Shown here piece by piece: positions 62,464 to 64,000 of a stretch of 64,000 bases of DNA. Source of the DNA: Octopus sinensis (taxonomy: Eukaryota); contig NC_043020.1 of assembly GCF_006345805.1 (NCBI RefSeq), forward strand, positions 30,442,001 through 30,506,000, written 5' to 3'. The notes beneath the pieces are model-generated. The model saw only the letters and a program-made list of their open reading frames with translations, had not been told where the DNA came from and searched no databases. The position numbers were made by a program, and so were the translations under genes. Positions within the stretch are counted from its first letter, which is position 1, and each line of letters starts with the position of its first letter.

Positions 62464-63422
62464 GTGAGTGTGTGTGTGTGTATACATACATACATACACA
62501 CACATATATCCACACATATTCACACATACACTGGTCTCTTCTTTAAGAGTTCTCTTCATCAGTTGATGATTACCTTTGATAAGCATTAACGAACTTAATT
62601 GTTTAATACCTTGTATGGTTTAAGGAAGAAATGTACTGAAAGCCATCAGCCTCGTCAGACTCCAAGGAAAATTATTTTACGAGGTATTTCAAAGCCCTGC
62701 TTCACAAGTTAATTAAGAGACAAGCAGTTGCTTCTTCCATTATACCCATTTGTGTCCACATAGACTGGGACACTGGGAGTTAATGGAAAGATCTTTGCCA
62801 GAGACCTAAAGCAGGTGACAAGATCCACTTCCTGGGATGTTCAGCTGGTCGGCTTGCTGAGACGTGCACTTCACATACTATGGATTTAATAAATATCCTG
62901 TTACAGCCAAGACTAAGGGAAACATTCACAAACAGACCCTCACAAAGAAGCAGTAAGGTTTACAAGAGATACAAACACTGACACACAGACAGACACACCT
63001 GTACGGACAGGCACACGCAACTACATACATACACTCATGTATATACACAACCTGCACAAAATGGTACAATGGCTTATGAGTTAAGTCCCTTTACAACAAA
63101 AACAAAAAAAATGAAAAGAGAAACATAAAAGACAAATATTGAATGGAAACAAAAAGGTTAATTTAAGTAGTGAGGATAATATATCAAAACCTGAAAGAGG
63201 TGCCCCAGCATGGTCATGGTGTAGAGATCGGTTGAAGTAGGTAAAAACAAAAAAAAAGAGATAATTAAGGTCAGGAAAAAAGGGGTTACCCACGGTTGAC
63301 AATGAGGTTACTTAGTGTCATTGCTGCAGCGGAAACTGTTGTATCATCTGTGAGGTCTTTCGGCAATCTGTTCAATAATGTTGACATTCCTCCTTTGGTG
63401 TTGAAATAATTGGTGGCGCTTT
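55603..63422 (-). CDS. Armadillo/HEAT-like repeat protein, 3' seven exons (5' part outside window)
   Basis: Exons 63422-63294, 61926-61798, 61268-61128, 59786-59655, 57595-57437, 56709-56630, 55668-55603 have canonical GT-AG ends, chain in phase and encode 42-52 aa amphipathic helical units ending [21 protein letters not shown]. Confidence 0.8.
56453..56490 (-). ncRNA. Variant minimal hammerhead-like motif (core CUGUCGA), second copy
   Basis: UCUUU CUGUCGA A GAGC-UUAG-GCUC GAAA CGU A AAAGA; perfect stems I and II. Confidence 0.5.
56630..56709 (-). CDS. ARM gene penultimate exon ([27 protein letters not shown])
   Basis: gtatttgcag| ... GAG|gtaaga, phase 1 to 0. Confidence 0.8.
56949..57275 (+). 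mobile_element. SINE family B-related copy with a different 3' half
   Basis: Shared head and central domain. Confidence 0.7.
57437..57595 (-). CDS. ARM-repeat exon ([10 protein letters not shown]...[15 protein letters not shown])
   Basis: atgtttgcag| ... G|gtaagg, phase 1 to 1. Confidence 0.78.
58324..58852. repeat. Inverted repeat, 260-bp arms, 9-nt spacer, 1 mismatch seen
   Basis: Arms 58324-58583 and 58593-58852. Confidence 0.95.
58617..58723 (+). ncRNA. Type I hammerhead ribozyme with extended stem II (mirror copy 58453-58559 on minus)
   Basis: Stem I AUUUCUUA/UAAGAAAU (8 bp), core CUGACGA 58625-58631, stem II AUCUA/UAGAU, GAAA 58700-58703, near-palindromic stem III, GUA (cut after 58715). 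Confidence 0.85.
58887..59170. repeat. Inverted repeat, 128-bp arms, 28-nt spacer, (TA)n on both sides
   Basis: Arms 58887-59014 and 59043-59170, 2 mismatches seen. Confidence 0.95.
59096..59142 (+). ncRNA. Type I hammerhead-like motif, U4C core variant
   Basis: Stem I AAAACUGU/ACAG(G)UUUU, core CCGAUGA, stem II closed by a GCAA tetraloop, GAAA, stem III ACU/AGU, GUA (cut after 59133). Confidence 0.55.
59258..59537. repeat. Inverted repeat, about 140-bp arms, 1-nt spacer
   Basis: Arms 59258-59397 and 59399-59537, about 5 differences. Confidence 0.95.
59407..59457 (+). ncRNA. Minimal type I hammerhead with G3-C8 compensated core
   Basis: Stem I UUUGUCA/UGACAAA, core GUGAACA, stem II GUCGC/GCGAC, GAAA, palindromic stem III AAUAUU, H17=U (cut after 59450). 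Confidence 0.65.
59655..59786 (-). CDS. ARM-repeat exon ([43 protein letters not shown])
   Basis: atttccttcag| ... A|gtaagt, phase 1 to 1. Confidence 0.85.
59830..61100 (-). mobile_element. Degenerate LINE (RTE/BovB-like endonuclease region)
   Basis: Purine-rich minus strand with decayed APE-like motifs, many stops. Confidence 0.45.
61128..61268 (-). CDS. ARM-repeat exon ([46 protein letters not shown])
   Basis: ctctcttcag| ... G|gtaaga, phase 1 to 1. Confidence 0.85.
61545..61780. repeat. (ACC)n/(GCTACCACCACC)n trinucleotide-based repeat next to an exon donor
   Basis: Direct inspection. Confidence 0.9.
61798..61926 (-). CDS. ARM-repeat exon ([42 protein letters not shown])
   Basis: tttttgtag| ... 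G|gtgagt, phase 1 to 1. Confidence 0.85.
63294..63422 (-). CDS. ARM-repeat exon ([42 protein letters not shown])
   Basis: atccttcag| ... C|gtgggt, phase 1 to 1. Confidence 0.8.
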
Positions 63423-63477
63423 CTGAAGGATGTTAGAACAAATAGCAGCTGTGTGAGCATATGCATACACACACACA

Positions 63478-63557
<80 letters not shown>

Positions 63558-63658
63558 GCATATGTATATACACGCATATATACATACAAATACAGCCATA
63601 AATGCATATGCATATATAAATACATACAAACACAAGAATACTGAAATGGTGTATAGAC

Positions 63659-63689
<31 letters not shown>

Positions 63690-64000
63690 TATTGGAGGTA
63701 ATTTAAAATTCAATTGATAACACTTCATTAAGCTTCAGTATGCTTTTACATAGAATGCAGAAAATTCTTGTGAAACAAACTTGCATATAAATATATACTG
63801 AATCAGATAAAACAATCATTGAGAGTAGTTTATTTAGAATAAAAGGCAGAAAAGAATAAACTTCACATATATTTCTGTTTAGCTTACTTTCCATAAAACT
63901 ACAGACAACAACTGTGATCTGAACAAGAGTTCTAATATAATTGCATACACCTTATAGAAGCCCTGAGACTTTCTAATTGTTGGTAGTTGTGTGTAGAACT

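Noticed and set aside
63888-63955. Additional upstream ARM exon
   Set aside because: Donor A|gtaagc is good, but the acceptor and frame are ambiguous at the window edge.

Overview
AT-rich eukaryotic DNA saturated with microsatellites, SINEs and transposon relics, typical of a coleoid cephalopod (most likely Octopus; inferred from repeat content, not verified). Manual splice and phase reconstruction gives four intron-rich genes. (1) A 4-exon PIERCE1/C9orf116-like ciliary microtubule-inner-protein gene (minus, 26877-12963, 115 aa) with an RFX X-box just upstream. (2) A 12-coding-exon dolichol kinase, DOLK (plus, 32597-46952, about 502 aa), divergent from the first. (3) A small single-pass membrane microprotein (minus, about 50066-49730, about 77 aa). 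(4) The 3' part of an armadillo-repeat gene (minus, at least 7 exons, 63422-55603, continuing past the window). The most striking unexplained structure is a set of fold-back palindromes embedded in (TA)n arrays (612-743, 58324-58852, 58887-59170, 59258-59537). They are unrelated in sequence, yet each encodes a type I hammerhead ribozyme on the arm leaving the palindrome centre; one has a compensatory G3-C8 core and one has a long G-U-rich stem II extension. Further minimal hammerheads occur in a tRNA-headed SINE-like element (19070-19115) and a two-copy repeat end (3953-3990, 56453-56490), and a Penelope-like RT/GIY-YIG relic lies at 4150-5100. All structures were derived by eye; no folding program or database search was run.
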